NCBI GenBank assembly: GCA_015680685.1
Contig: MNCI01001817.1
Location: forward strand, 295,798-359,797
Direction: 5' to 3'
Length of the DNA: 64,000 bases
Origin: Gnetum montanum
Taxonomy: Eukaryota > Plantae > Gnetophyta
In this document: positions 41,401 through 55,463 of the stretch, one piece after another
Numbering within the stretch: the stretch's first letter is position 1
Layout: the number at the start of each line of letters is the position of its first letter
Program-made: the position numbers and the translations under genes
Notes under the pieces: model-generated
The model's database searches: none
What the model was told of the DNA's origin: nothing
What the model saw: only the letters and a program-made list of their open reading frames with translations

Positions 41401-42559
41401 TTAGACATCACCAAAAAAGGGGAGATTTTTGACCTTTTGGTATGTCAAAACCTTAAGAAAAATGGATAACAAGGATGCTTTTGTAGTTGTGTTTGTAGGG
41501 CAAGAACTTGGATTTGGATAAAAGAAGAGCTCAAGGACATTTACAAGATCTCAAGAAAGCATGCGAGAGGTCAAAGTGAATGGACAAGGAACAAATACCT
41601 CAAAGATTAAGTCTAGTGATAAAAGGGAATGCTCATTATTGAAGAACTTATTATAGAAAGACATCTCCAAGAAACAACAAATGTCTTCCATCAAGCAAAG
41701 ACGTATGCCTGATGATGAAGACATCTTGGCCAAGTTGAAGGTTGCTTAGAAGAAGACATCTTTCAGAAATAGTAGACGTCTGCCTTATAAAGAAGATGTC
41801 TTCCTTGTGGAGAATATGTCTCTCCTAAATGGAAGTATAATATAGAAAGATGTTTCTCTCTTGAAGAAGATGTATTTAGTGACCATTGGATAGCTATTAC
41901 ATGAATTCCAAGGTAATTTTGAAAACATTTAGGCTATAAGAAGACTTCATTCTCTTGAAAACTATGAAAGGATCGGGAACTATCAAGTGTCAACATTAAG
42001 CAATCATTGTATACATCATTCTATTATTCTTGTACCTCATTATACTATCTTTTGGACTATTATAAGTGATCAAAGTGTGCTATACCTCAAAGTACAAGAA
42101 TCAACAAAATTAGTTGCATCCTTTCCTTGTAATTTTTGTTTGCCTTTTGTTGCCCTATGGGGTTAATGTGCTTCTTGTGGGTAGGCATCATCCTTGATCT
42201 TATTAGGATCCTGCAAGATTGAGTGTAGGTGTAGCACCACAACACTTTGAAGTGGAGCTCAAGTTGTAAAGGTTGTGAAATCCTAGAAATCACATTCTAA
42301 GTGAGTTAAGACATTGTGAGGTTGAGTGGATTTGTGATATCAAATCACTTTGAAGTAGAGCTTAGAGCTTGTACAACATGTGGTACCCTTCAAACCACAT
42401 TTTTGGAGAAAAAAAGTCAGGAGGTGTGCTAGTGAATTACCCTCTAAGTATGGACTACCCAAATTGGGAAACCATGTTAAATTTGATGTGTGATTTGGCT
42501 AATTAATTTTTAATTAGGGGAACTTATTCATCCCTCGCTTCTAATTTTAATGATCCTCA
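38485..42559 (+). mobile_element. Gag-only SIRE/Maximus-like copia element (TR-GAG-like)
   Basis: LTRs 38485-39681 and 41427-42559, TSD CATAT/CATAC, PBS-Met TGGTATTAGAGC at 39684, SIRE-type PPT AAAAAAGGGGAGAT at 41413-41426. No PR/INT/RT. Confidence 0.88.
39734..41220 (+). pseudogene. copia gag pseudogene
   Basis: APIFKGFEFVYWKARMQRF (DUF4219-like), ESKAKNCL..ALNKFEFHRV (UBN2-like), zinc knuckle CWVCCERGHMAFEC (~40580), coiled coil, DKSGLG (~41098). Confidence 0.85.
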
Positions 42560-44864
42560 CATACCTATCACTAAGAGTGTCATTTAGCCTTGATTTTTGT
42601 GGTCTAACCATTGGTAAAATTGAACTAGGACAACATGTTGCAAATAATTTATAAGTCAACATTCTAGTTTGGTTTTTGTTCATTTATGAATGTATGCATA
42701 ATAGGCTCCCCAAATGTTTCTTTACAAGAAACCTCTCATCAATTCCTTTGATTATGCTAATCAATTCTAATCCCAATAGAAATTACAAATAAGAACAAAT
42801 GAATTTAGGAATTCAATTGAAGAAACATTTGATGTTACCAAAGTTTACTAAGAAAGATACTTCTAGGTCTTCATGGCCATCAGTAGGAATGAGCAAGAGA
42901 TTATCTTGGACTATTACATTTGAAGATGAAGTGATCTAGGTAATAGGTCCAATATGAGAAAGGCTTACATGAGTATTTGTTCAATCACTCATTTTGGTCT
43001 TAATTTGAGCAATCATAAGATTAGTTAAGGATGATAGGGATACCAACTTGCATAGATCAATAATCTTAGAGTTACATTGCTCTTTCCATCATCTCTTCTA
43101 CTTCATTTCTTCTTCTTCTTCTTTTCATGATGTTTACTCTTTTATTTTTTATTTTCCTTTTCTTTTTCATTTTTCACTCATTTTATTTTTATCTTTTCTT
43201 TTCTATAATTTTTCTTCATTTTTTCATTACATGTTTTTCATCTTTACATTTTCTTTCATAAGAAGAAAGCTTTTGAATGATGCATGATAATCATGGAAAT
43301 GACTATAGTACTAGATTACAAATTCAAGTCTTTGACTTGCACAATCATGAGAATTCATTCCTCACTACATGACATGTATAGGTTCATGAGATCATGATCC
43401 CCATTTGACCAAGGATGGTCATGCATGGCAAGCATATGCACCTTGGTCCAATCACACTAGTTAGACCTATCCAATGGTCATAAGGATTCTTGATGATACA
43501 CCATTTTCTTGCTAGTGATCAAAAAATATTTTAGGATTCTAGAGCTCACATCTTAAGATGTGGATCCATAACCTACACATGATTCCAATAGTAGTAGCTT
43601 CAACAACTCATAGTGCAAGTTCCACCTTCTTGTTGAATTTGATCCTAGTTCACTAGTGATTGATAGAGGAAAAGTGGGTGAATGAATTTTGTTGCATAGA
43701 AATTTCATCACTCAAGGATCCACTTTGGACCCATTTAGCACTCTTGCATCATCATCACATCTATAAATCATCCATCCACCATTGGCTTATTAGATGAGTA
43801 TTCATAAATCACATTAATTAATTTTCCCTATACACACATAAGCATACTTAAAAAGAAGTATTAAATTAAAAGAATAAGAGAGTGAGAAAATGATATATCA
43901 TTAATTTCAAAAAATAAAAAAATGCTCTTCAAATAAATGGAAAATTAAAAATACACATCAAATCAAACACCATGTAGAAAAAAATAAACAAACCATACTA
44001 TACCACTAAAGCTATTATGTGAAGTGCTCTTCCCTCATCACTAAGTTCAAGGCTAGTACTTGATAAGCTCCTTGCCTAGCTATCGTTTAGAAGCATATCC
44101 TCAATATTATTTCTTTAAGGATGATGGTGAAGAAAGAGATGAGCATGAATCCTAATAGATTGTTATGTTCTTCTTTCTTTTACAAAAATTATTTCATTTG
44201 TAAGGTGATGAATTTCTTTCCATGGAAGGAACATAATGGTTATGGTACTACATAGTAATATATGATGTTGGAAAATATGGGTAGTACCTAGCATAAAGGA
44301 ACTAGACATGTTTCCACTATGGCTGATTTGAAATTCCCTTCTATAATGATATAGAAGGCCATGATAAACATTTTTTTGATGTGTGGACACTATGATAGTT
44401 ATGGTGGATATGGGCAATATTGGTGGGGTATTACATGAGATATGTGGTTTATAGCCTACTGGATTTCATGGTAGGAAGAAGGATGTCATAAGAAAGATTG
44501 TTGTGATGTAATGGGAGCACTACATGGATCAAGTTCCATCCCTTGTGGAAGTTGTGATTGGAAAAATGACTCACAAAGATAAGAAATTTGATCATGGTAA
44601 GACCTCTTATTCCTTGTTTTAACTTTGCTAGCTGCTACAATGCCTTTGTTATTCAAATCCTTGAAAACTAAATCCATATTTTGATTTAGCACATGCTAAA
44701 CCTTATCAACAACTTTAGCAAGATCTTCCAAGTATTTTTCATTCTTATGATTTTTTGAAAAATGACTTCTAAGATATTAGAAGGTTGAATCTTGCATTCA
44801 ACATTTTTGATATCCTTCTATGCTGTAGGAATATCACTTTTTATATTTTTTTTTCTTGCATTTA

Positions 44865-45803
44865 TGTTTAAAGTTTTAGTCATGATGAAGATATCTTGGA
44901 GGGTAAGAAGGCATCTTAGCTAAGGCTTGGAGCTAATAGAAGATGGCTTAAGATTAGAGAAGATGTCTTATTAGGAGTGTAGTCTTCTACGAGAAGATGT
45001 CTTACTGTAGAAAATATGTCTTATGTAAGATGTCTCTTGCTAGGAGGAGATGTATTATCCCAGAAGTAGATATCTTGCCTACATAGGAGATGTCTCCCTT
45101 GTAAGGTAGTAATTAATAGAAGATGTTTTTCCAAGGGTAAAGATGATTGGTATGGTAGGGGAAACTTCCAAAATCTTCCATCCTAGTTTAGAAAACAAGC
45201 AAAATAAGTTAAAAATTGATGAAAACAACCCAAGAAAAGGTGAGAAGACTATGGAAACAAATAAATAATCTCAAGTTAAGCTGAGGGAAGATTTCAAGAT
45301 TTCTTGTCTCCTTGTTATTCATAAATATTGACGTAATTCACAATTTTTCATACCATAAGTGAGAGAGAGAGCTCTTAAGTATAGAGGGGTTAGCAAGAGA
45401 GGGTGTGAGAGCACATGTAGTAAGAACAATGGATGATTACAACTTCAAGGTTAATTGTGTGGTATGTTAGCCTATGTGTTCTAGTCTCTTATATCTTACT
45501 TGTGAGTTGAGAACTGATTTATAGGTTGTGGAAGATATTATATATCAGTTGTGTTTTTCATTAAGAAAAACTATTGTATGATTGTAGAACCTCATGCTCT
45601 ACAATATTCTTTGACTGATTAAGAGGTTTTTTGATGCTTTTGAGTTTTGGAAACACTATTGTAGTCTTCTAATTTAATAATTGAAGATAGAAAACTTTCT
45701 TGTTTTCTAGAAAATTAATTATCTTTTCATAACATTTGGATTTAGTAGTTGAAAGTGATTTAAAATTGGAATGAAAATTCTCCATAATTATTGGTATTTG
45801 GGC
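44865..45803 (+). repeat. Probable 5' LTR + degenerate PBS-Met of the CRM-like element
   Basis: AGATGTCT array at 44890-45130, then TGGTATTTGGGC at 45792-45803 (cf. TGGTATCAGAGC) just upstream of gag-like sequence. Left boundary unclear; no partner LTR in the window. Confidence 0.4.
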
Positions 45804-48249
45804 ATTATGTTGATCAGAGCTTTGTGTTGAGTTTTATGTTGATTATTTCTTGGAATTGGTTGAGGATTTTCTCTAGTTCAAATGACACTCAAGAAGAAAT
45901 AGGTGCAAGATCTAAATATAGATATGGAGAGCATGAAGTTTTCCTTCCAAATGATGCTTGCTCAATTAAATTAACATAAAGATAGACAGGAATGCTAGTG
46001 TTGGCCATATCCAAAAATGTGAAGGTGATGAGCACACATGTTCAGATGAAGAAGCTTAACAACACGGAAAATATAGAGGGAAAAGAGAAAGGATAATCTA
46101 GTTATGAAAGTGTAGAAAGTAATCAACAAAGGTTACCTATGGAAGGAAATCATATTTCTTAGAGAAGAATTCCAAGGGCTTCAACTATGTTAAATACTTC
46201 TTCTCTAGGTAAGCTTGATGAGGAAGATGAGGCAAAGCTTGCTAAAGCATTCAAAAATGTTGTAAGAATTCTATATGTTGAATTAAAGACTTTCAATAGT
46301 GTAGTGGAATCAATGCATTTTTTATTTGGTTGAACGCACTTGAAAAGTAGTTTTAGTTGAAAGAGTGATGAATCACGGAGTGGCTGCATTGACTAGGCCC
46401 CTTCAATGCATGATTTGATGCATTAACATGGCCCCATTAATAGTGTCTATTTTTGCCTATAAATATGTGCTAACACATCATGTTTATGGCATGTCTTATC
46501 ATAGTTGTAGCAGAGCTCCTATAGTTTTGTCATTTGGAAGTTAGAATATTTTCTAAGTGCCCATAATAGGAGTCAAGAGTATAGATCTTTATTTGAGCAT
46601 TGTTATACCTAAGCATAGCAATGTGTGTGATAATAAAGATAAGTTTTTTAATAAACCTTGCAGCACTTGGAAATAGATTAATTGTTTATTCATGTATTTA
46701 ATGTTTTATGTAATTTTCCTTAGTGCTTTAAATAATTAATTAGGCTAAACTACACTAGATTAAGTAGTGATTAATTAAGCATAGAAGTATGACCACTTCA
46801 AGCATATGCTTGGCACTTGGTAATCCCAGTAACACTTAACATTTGGTAACCTAGTAGTGCTAAATGCATTCAGGATGTGTACTACAAGTCGGAATGGATG
46901 CTTATGTTAGGATTAGTTAGGTGTAGTTAGTTAGATTAAATTAGCAATTAAATTACTTCATTCATTTAATCCTTTATTCTAATAACCCAAAACATAAAAC
47001 ATAAAAATAATAAAAAGTATATGCCTCGATTACACTTAACCATACCTTTGCATATCATAAGTGTAATTGGAAAGATAACAAATGACTATTAGGGAAAGTT
47101 CACTTCTTGGAGGCTAGTGTACCAAAAAACATAGAATCCATAGAATTCAATTGGATCACATGTAAATGCTTAGTGATTCATATGGTTGAGTGTAGGGGTA
47201 TTCATCATCCATCATTGGCACCATTGCTAGGATTTCGTTTTGTCTAAAATGTGTGCTATCTAGGTATAGTGAAAATCATTAACATTGTTGAATGAACCCT
47301 AATGTTAAAAATCATTCTAAAAATAAATATAATAATTTAAGCATGCTAATAACTTATTTTAATTGTAGAATGTATTCTTCTCACAAGTGTGATGATGCTA
47401 AACTATCAATGCCTCAAGAATGTAGGATGGTATATACTCATCTACATGAGTATGTGCCTAACGTCACCTTCATCCTGCATCAAGATGAACAACTACTGTG
47501 GTGAGATATGAAGGGAAACATTGTAATGCCTCTAGTTCAATCTATGCCTAAGATGCTCCTCCAAATTCTTAGGATGTTGGGCATCCAAGATCTTCAAGAA
47601 GAGTACATTATGCATGACCATTACTACTAGGACTACCATCCCACTAAAACATAATGTAGGAGAAACTGACACCAAGAGAAACACCATGAGGCTATGAAGG
47701 GAAAATGGTTCACTAATCCCTTGTTCCTACTTAATCAAAACATCAATGAGGATCCTTCCTCTAGGGGTTTTAAACATGAAGATTCTCCATCCCTTGATAT
47801 TGATGATGGAGGCTTGAACTCAAAGTTGCAATCCACTATCAACAACTTGGATTTAGGCAAAAGTAGGAGTCAAAGAAAGGGATCAGAAAAGCATCAAGAT
47901 GGTAAGAAATTTGATGAATGTGATAGTGAAAAGTGTAGAGGAGGTGGTAGACACCATGGTGGTGGTAATCCTCCTTCCTTCTCACCCTCTTCATTCACAT
48001 CTTCTTCTTCTTCTTCTTCTAGTTTTGATAGATGTTCCAAAAAGGACAACCATGATGAAGGTGAACAACAGGATGATAATCATCATCATGCCACTATGAA
48101 CAAAGGGGTAGTACAATAAATTATAGGTTTCATTGAAATAATGATGATGATGAGCCTTTTCTAGCAACTCAAACAATGATAAATATTGCAGAGGTAGTGA
48201 AAATTCCAACCAGGCATATGAAAGATAGTTAAATCAAGTGACTTAACAT

Positions 48250-51200
48250 GAATAATATCCCTAGATTTGAAGGGGGATATAACTCTAATCTACAAACACA
48301 TCTTCAAGCCTTTCAAGATGCATGTTTCTTAGAAAATATTGAAAATGATTGGTAGGAATTAAATCTATTTCTTAAGACATTCATCAAAGAATTTGAAAGC
48401 TAGTATCGGTCCTTGCAACTGAAATCCATCCATAGGTGGAGTACAATGCTAGAGCTATTTAATGATAAATATTAGACATATTCTTGAGTGTCTAATATAA
48501 GAAATAAGATACAAGGATGGAAGCAAGGAACACATGAACCCTTGGATGCCACCATGGGTAGATACTATTCTCTCATACATCAATGCCCTAGCCATGGTTA
48601 TTCTCAATAGGAACAACTTCGTGACATCATAGATGGACTCAAATCAGAAATGAGAAAACCTCTTGGGGGTTTATTCCTACGGAAGACTATCAAAACTTAG
48701 AGCTTATCAAATTTAAATGTTGATAAAGTAGTTAGCAAAAGAAGAAGGTGAGCTAAAAAAATGAAAAAAGTGTTGAGGAGTATGACCAGTATCCTTCCAT
48801 TAGAAAAAGGGAGGTTTGATTTTATGATAATGAGGAGGAATCACCACTTGATGCGGTGATGAATAAAAAGACCTTGATGATCCAAAAATATTTGTCTAAA
48901 ATTTTTTCCAAGGTAGATAAAATGTGGGGTTCATTGGATGAAAAATTCCAAATTTCTCTAAAGATCATAGAAGAATCAAGAGAGTAAAGTAGTGATCATA
49001 ACCATAGGAGGTAAAAAGAAGCTGAATGTACCTATGAAAGGGCTAAGGGTAAAGCTGCGATAGTAGAAGAAGTTGTGGAGATGAAATCAAATGACAATGG
49101 TGGATGTGACATCTACCAGTACAAACATCCTAAAGGATGTTGCCCTATCATGTCACAGTTGCAAGAGTCTGGGATGTACATGTTGAATCCTAGACTAGAA
49201 AAAAGGTAAGCACCCAGAAGGTTACCTTATCCTCAAGGCAACCCAAGGTAGTTCCACCAACAACAACAAGTTTATTATTCAAGTGGAGCTCCACCACAAC
49301 CATATGAGTAGTACTAGTAGTGGCAACATTCACAATCATGGGGGATGCATCCAACAAGGTAGCATTACCCTTATAGGCATCCAGATCCATATGGGTACTA
49401 TGTTCAACAATTAATGTCTTTGCATGAATCTTCTAGTCACAACATCACTACTACCCTCTATATCACAAAACTCATTCTCCATCTACTAGAGGGGAAACCT
49501 CATATCCCTATCATCCTTCACATCCTTTAGCACATGCTCCTACACCCTTCATCCAATTACCTCCTACTCCATCTATGTAGGATGAAATTCCACCATAGCC
49601 ACAACAACAAAATGCTTTTAGGGTTATCAACTTATAAGCGGCTTTCCAGTGAAATGGATCAGAAACTAGATCTCAAAAATGACCATTGTTTTGATCCAAA
49701 AATCCTTCAAATTCCTCATAGATTAATGCAATTGGCTGTCATGTCTCTCCATCATCCTCTACATCAAATCCTTTTGAGAGCCCTTCAAACCAAATCCCTT
49801 CTACGATCTACACTATAATGTTAACCCATGCTATATTTGATTGGATCAAGGTTGACAACCTTTCTAGAAAATGATCTAACCTTGGAAGTCCTCTCATCTA
49901 CTTACAGATTGCTGGACATGAGTCATCAAGGCTTTTATTGATTCAGGTTCTAGTGTCAATCTAATTTCCCATGACATGTATAAAGCATGGAACTTGTTGC
50001 CTCTCAAAAGAGTAATATTCATTTAGAATTGGTGGACTAATCAATCACTATTTCTTTGGGACTTGTGTTGGACATTGTGATCATTACTTATGGGTGGTCA
50101 TATCCTACAAATTTTCTAGTAATCAATGTCAAAAATTGCAAGGGAGACTTCCCAATTATTATGGAAAGGACATGGTTGAGCACTGTTAATGTGCAAATGG
50201 ACATCCAAGATCTTTCCTTGGAAATTTCCAAGAAGAATGAATTTGGAAAGATTGAGAACAAGAGAGTTCCATGCATCACATATAACAATACTATGTGAAA
50301 CTTTGTGTAGAAACACTGGTTTGTCAAGATCACATCCATCAAAGCATGCAGATAGTATGTCAATGAATCTGAAATCTAAAGATACTTGTACATAGTAGCC
50401 ACAAAACATGATGGCACCCAGTGGATAATAACTGATCTTAAAAGTAGCACACTTTGCATGCAACCTATTAAGAGTCTAACATATGCCTACATTGAAGCAT
50501 GGATGGACTAGAGTAAATTCATCACTAACTCTTTGATGATGCAAATGATGATACCAATTGGGGAGAGTTGGAAATCCCTAAAAATTTTAAACAAGAGCCC
50601 TTAGAGTTGAAAACTCTACCTATCATCATGGAGTATGCATTTTTCACAAATGGCAAACTAGTAATCATTAATGCTAATCTTGCTCTAGAATAAAAATAGA
50701 TGTTGTTGAGTGTGGTTAATAAATGATCAACAACCTTCGCTTGGTCATATCCTAAACTCACAGGGATTGATCCTAGGATATGCTAGCATTGTATCTACAC
50801 TAATTTGGCCATGATGCCAAAGAGGCAACCACAGTAGTGATTAAACCCAAAATTGAAGTAGATCATTAAAGGAAGTCAAACAACTTCTCAAGGTGGGGGT
50901 TATCTTTTCCATTGCAGATAGTGAGTGGGTTAGTCCACTCATGATTATGTCAAAGAAAGGTGGCAAATGGTGGGTTTGCATTGACTTCCAGTTCTTGAAT
51001 ATGGAAACATTCAAAGATCATTTTCCATTGCCATTTGTAAATCAAGTGTTATACACTATATCTGGGCATTCCTATCATAGTTTTCTATACAATTATAAAG
51101 GCTATAACTATATCCAAATTGCACTAGAGGATCAAGCCAAAACAACATTCATGAATCCCTAGGGGACTTCTGCATATTAAAATATGCCTTTTGGTCTATG

Positions 51201-53440
51201 CAATGCTCCTACAACATTCCAACACTTGGTCCTGAGCATTTTTTAGCAACAAATTGGCTATGGGATGGAAGTCTTCATGGATGAATTCTCCACCTCTAGT
51301 GCTACATTTGAGCAAGCCTTGGACCACCTTGAGCAAGTGCTTAAAATATGTGTGGAGATGAATCTTTAGCTTAATTGGTAGAAAATCCATCTAATGGGCC
51401 AAGAGGGCATTGTACTAGGACATAGAATTTCTTAGGTAGGGATTAAGGTGGACCCTGAAAAGATAAGAGTCATCTAAGGAATAACTCATCAACTGGAAAC
51501 CATTAAAGATGTTTGGTCATTCCTTCGACACACTAGTTACTACCGGAGATTCATAGAGAATTTCTCTAAGATCACAAAACCATTGGTCAAGCTGACAATG
51601 AAATATGCTCCATTCATCTGGACTAAAGAATGTAAAATTCATTCTAGAGCCTTAAGCATAAGCTCGTTGAGACTCCAATTTTATGAGAACTTAACTAGTC
51701 CAGACCATTTCATATCATGATAGATGCATCAAATTATGCCCTGAGAGCTATGCTTATGTAGTTAGATGACAAGAAATGTCTATATTACATCCATTGTGTA
51801 AGTTGAAGCATTGTGGGTGCACAGTTGAATTACACCACAACGGAAAACGAACTAATGGTGGTGGTGTAAGCTATTGAAAAGTTTAGGCACTATGTGCTTA
51901 GATACAAACTGTTCGTGTACACTGATCATAGTGTCATTCACTTCCTCATGAACAAACCAATAGTGAGACCCTATTTTATATGGTGGTTAGTGATCTTGCA
52001 GGAGTTTGATCTCACAATAGTAGATCAAGAGGGAACTGAGAATATGGTCACTGATCTCTTGTCTCAGTTATGCTGTGATAACAAAGAGAAGAGTCTACTT
52101 TATGATCAATTTCTTGATAAACTGCTCTTTATATATGCAATGATTGAAAAAGTGCTTGCTAAACCAAAATGGTATGATAGCATCCTCACTTATCTTGTCA
52201 TTCAAGAGATGCCACAAGATTTGAAATACAAGAAGAAACAACAATTTTTTCATTGGGCCAAACACTTCATGGAAATCAAAGGACATCTTTACAAGGTGTG
52301 AACCAATGGCCCAATTTGTTGGTGTGTACCTAATATTGATCAACTATACATTTTTCAAGATGCTCATGAGGGTCCTTGTAGGGATCACTATGTTGGGAGA
52401 TGCATGATCATTAAGATTCTAATGGTAGGGTATTATTGGCCAACCATCTTCAATGACATCCACTAATTTATCTACTCTTGTAATACTATCAACGAGATGG
52501 TGCAATGACTACATGAATGGAGGGACCTCAACAATGGATTTAGCCACTAGAATCCTTCGACACATGTGGCATCAACTTCATGGATTCCATCTCATCCATG
52601 TCAAATAGAAAGGCATACATAATCATCACCATTAATTACTATACAAAATGGGTAGAAGTAGTAGTCATCATCAACTTCACATTATCTACTACTGCATAGT
52701 TTGCATAACAAAGTGTTGTAAATAGGTTTGGGGTGCCATGTGCATTGATCTTTGACAATGGAACCCATTTCATAGGCATTACTTTTTGCAAACTCATGCA
52801 ACACTTGGGGGTTAGACATAAATTAATAGCACCCTATTACCCCCAAGCCAATGGTCAAGTAGAGGTTACTAATAGGGAGATTACACAGATCTTAATGAGA
52901 ACTATTAGCAAATATAGAAGGGGCTAGAGCATAAGACTCAACAATTCCCTCTAGGTCTACTGCTCAACATGGAAACTCCTATAGGCTACTCTCCTCATGA
53001 GCTAGTGTACAAGAAACTACCAACACTTCCTATTTAATCTAAGCTTCGTACACTTTCAACAGCATGTGACCTAGATCTTGACTTGAGTCTAACAAAAAGA
53101 TAAGGATTAATCAAACTTAACATGCTAGATGAAAATCAATTAGTGGTCCTATCCTTGAATGAAGTGCATAAGGCATTCAACAAAAAGTTCCATAACCTTA
53201 GAATATGAAAAGTGAAATTTCAATTGGAAGATAAGGTTCTTTACTAGAACCCCACATACATACCTCAACAAACTAAGTTCTAGACATTGTGGGAAGGGCA
53301 TTACATTGTTCATGAAACTTTTCCTTCTTGGGCCATGTTAATTTACAAACCTAAGAGGCCAAAAAAAGGTAGTTGGTCAACATGCAACAAGTCAAACCTT
53401 TCCATAAACCCAAGCAAGCCAATGAAAGCAACACCTGAAT
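48250..53440 (+). pseudogene. Athila gag-pol pseudogene
   Basis: Gag IPRFEGG...THLQAFQDAC (~48257); protease AFIDSGSSVNLI (~49930); RT SEWVSPLMIMSKKGGKWWVCIDF...DHFPLPF and MEVFMDEF; RH IDASNYA, VYTDHS; INT GYYWPTIF, IFDNGTHF, YYPQANGQVEVTNREI. No chromodomain. Confidence 0.92.
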
Positions 53441-54944
53441 GAATGGACAACCTTGCTCAATCTTCTAGATCTCCTCCTTTCAAATTAGTTGTGAGGGAGA
53501 TGGTCATCTATGCTAAACATTTAAAGTAACAACCCATTTTTTTCTAATTTTCTATTTTAGTTTGTTATTTTTCCAAATTTTTTTACAACATGGTTAGTAC
53601 ATTTTATCTTTCTTAAATGTTTTACAATTTCTTTTATATTTTTCCTTTATTTTGAAGTGAATTTTTCTTGTCTTGCTAATAAAATGCTTTATTGCTGATA
53701 CGACACAGTGGTGCTATGACTAGTTACTAATCATGGTTGTACTTAATGTTTTTGATTTCTAATGTCTAGTTTCTATTTTTGAATTTTGATGGCTAATAAC
53801 TAAGACTAGTTTCTATTTTCATGAAATAGGTAGTGAGTCCATATCGTCCACCCATCCACAAACTTTATGGTTTTTCTTATTTTGGGAATATAAGATCCCA
53901 TTTTTATTAATAAAACCTTAATGAATTTGTGATTATGGTAGTTTCCAAGCTTGGAAAAGATTCAAAATTTTGAAAAGGGTGTGGCTACAAGGGAATTCAA
54001 TACTCTTTGTACCTCTCTACCATCTTAAGTGCAAGTGTGTCTTTCGTGGATTCCTTATCATTCTTTGTTGACCAATAATAGAAAGTTGAATAATTCTTTG
54101 CATGGTGTGGTTCCCATAAAAATGACTAAAAGATAAAAAAAAATAAAAAAATGATGAAAATTCAAAGCACATCACTTAAGAAAAATAAACAAGCTACAAG
54201 CATTGGTTATGGGACTAGAAAGACATGTTACCCATGCTTGAAGGTCCCCTTTAACTAAGGCCCTTCCTTACTTCCTACGTGTCTTTTTTTCTTCAATAAG
54301 AAATGAGAGTTATCCATGGAAGCATTTGTCTGTCCTAAGGGGGTCGACTGGTCCTAGAGTGGTGATGCAAAGTTACTAAAAGTGGTTGGTTTTGATTTGG
54401 ACTATGGTTGGACTTTATCGAGTCATTTAACCATGAAACTCACAAGGGAATTCATGTGACCATGATTGGGATGTCCATTACATTCTCTATAACATCCATC
54501 AATGCTCTCCATGACTCACCTCACTACTGGTTTTCATGTTAAAATTTCTAAATAGATTCTCTGGGTTTGCCCTTAACTTTTCTTAATCATTAATCAACTA
54601 TGGGGGTCCACAAACTCCTTAGTTGAGGTTATGCAAGGGCAAAAGGGCATGTGCTACTATGGGGAGGATCACCTACACATCTCATGGTTTAGTTAGTTAA
54701 GTTCCTTCCCCTTAAACATTGTTGCAATTAAAATCTTTCATGCACTCCATCATGCATCCAACTGTGTGCTACTTAAGGCATTCTTCTTCCTATAATCTCA
54801 TTCTCTACTTATTTCTTAATTTTCCAAATATCAAAATCCTCTTCTAATAATTTCATCATGTTCTTGGCTTTTTAGGCTTTCATTTGACCCAAATTTTGTT
54901 TAAAAACTCCTTATTTTTCATTTACTTTGACAAAGGCAATGGTG

Positions 54945-55013
54945 GTCAACAGCTCCATCGACATGGCCACATCAACTAGGCCCTGTCGATCTAGCCCAAA
55001 AGTTCTATAAATA
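54945..55013 (+). promoter_or_regulatory. Internal LTR-like promoter (motif cluster + TATA) upstream of the env-like ORF
   Basis: ccatcgacatggccacatcaactaggccctgtcgat...CTATAAATA (55005-55013) mirrors the LTR U3 gcatcgactaggccccatcaa...aacatggcccc...CTATAAATA. Confidence 0.6.
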
Positions 55014-55463
55014 CCATCCAACACTTTGAAATGTTTTTTCATTTACTTCAAAATAAGAGGGAATTTTTTGAAATTTTTTAAAGTCCAAAACCTTCTAGAG
55101 CCCATAACTTTCATACTATTTTTACAAATCACTTCATTCTTCAATCCTATAGCTATTGGAAGTAAGATCTTACTTGTGGGGGCCACAAACATTAAGGTTT
55201 TTGATGAAAAATTTTCAATATTTTTCTAACTCTCCCAAAGGGTTAATAAATAAAATATATTAAACCATCAATTTCTAAGAGTTTAACCCTTCCAAAAAAC
55301 TCGTAAAATTTAAATTATTTATTAATAATAAAATAATATTAAAATAATCAACTAGACCATGATCACAACTTAGCCAAAGTGTAACTACCCTAAGATATAA
55401 GGTATTTCAAATGTTTCAAAGTTACACATTAAGTGCTAATCCTTGGTCATGTTATGATTATAG

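Larger units (their letters stand above)
35662..43100 (-). mobile_element. Second copy of the Athila-like 3' region (ORF-X kept, env-like ORF mostly deleted)
   Basis: TGATAAGGG terminus at 35662 and RC colinear with 6570-13842. ORF-X lies at about 38000-38484 + 42565-43020, split by the copia insertion. Only the N-terminal part of the env-like ORF remains (37100-37440). Confidence 0.6.

Noticed and set aside
43048-43287. F/S-rich ORFs (also 996-1178, 59828-60022) as membrane proteins
   Set aside because: These are translations of T/C-rich low-complexity DNA or antisense of K/E-rich gag sequence.
50056-50463. Four overlapping ORFs as an overprinted gene cluster
   Set aside because: 50056-50298 is the protease C-terminal half. 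The others are shadow frames of degenerate pol.
50893-52927. Endogenous caulimovirus RT/RH
   Set aside because: Followed by integrase and enclosed by LTRs, PBS and TSD, so it is a Ty3 retrotransposon.
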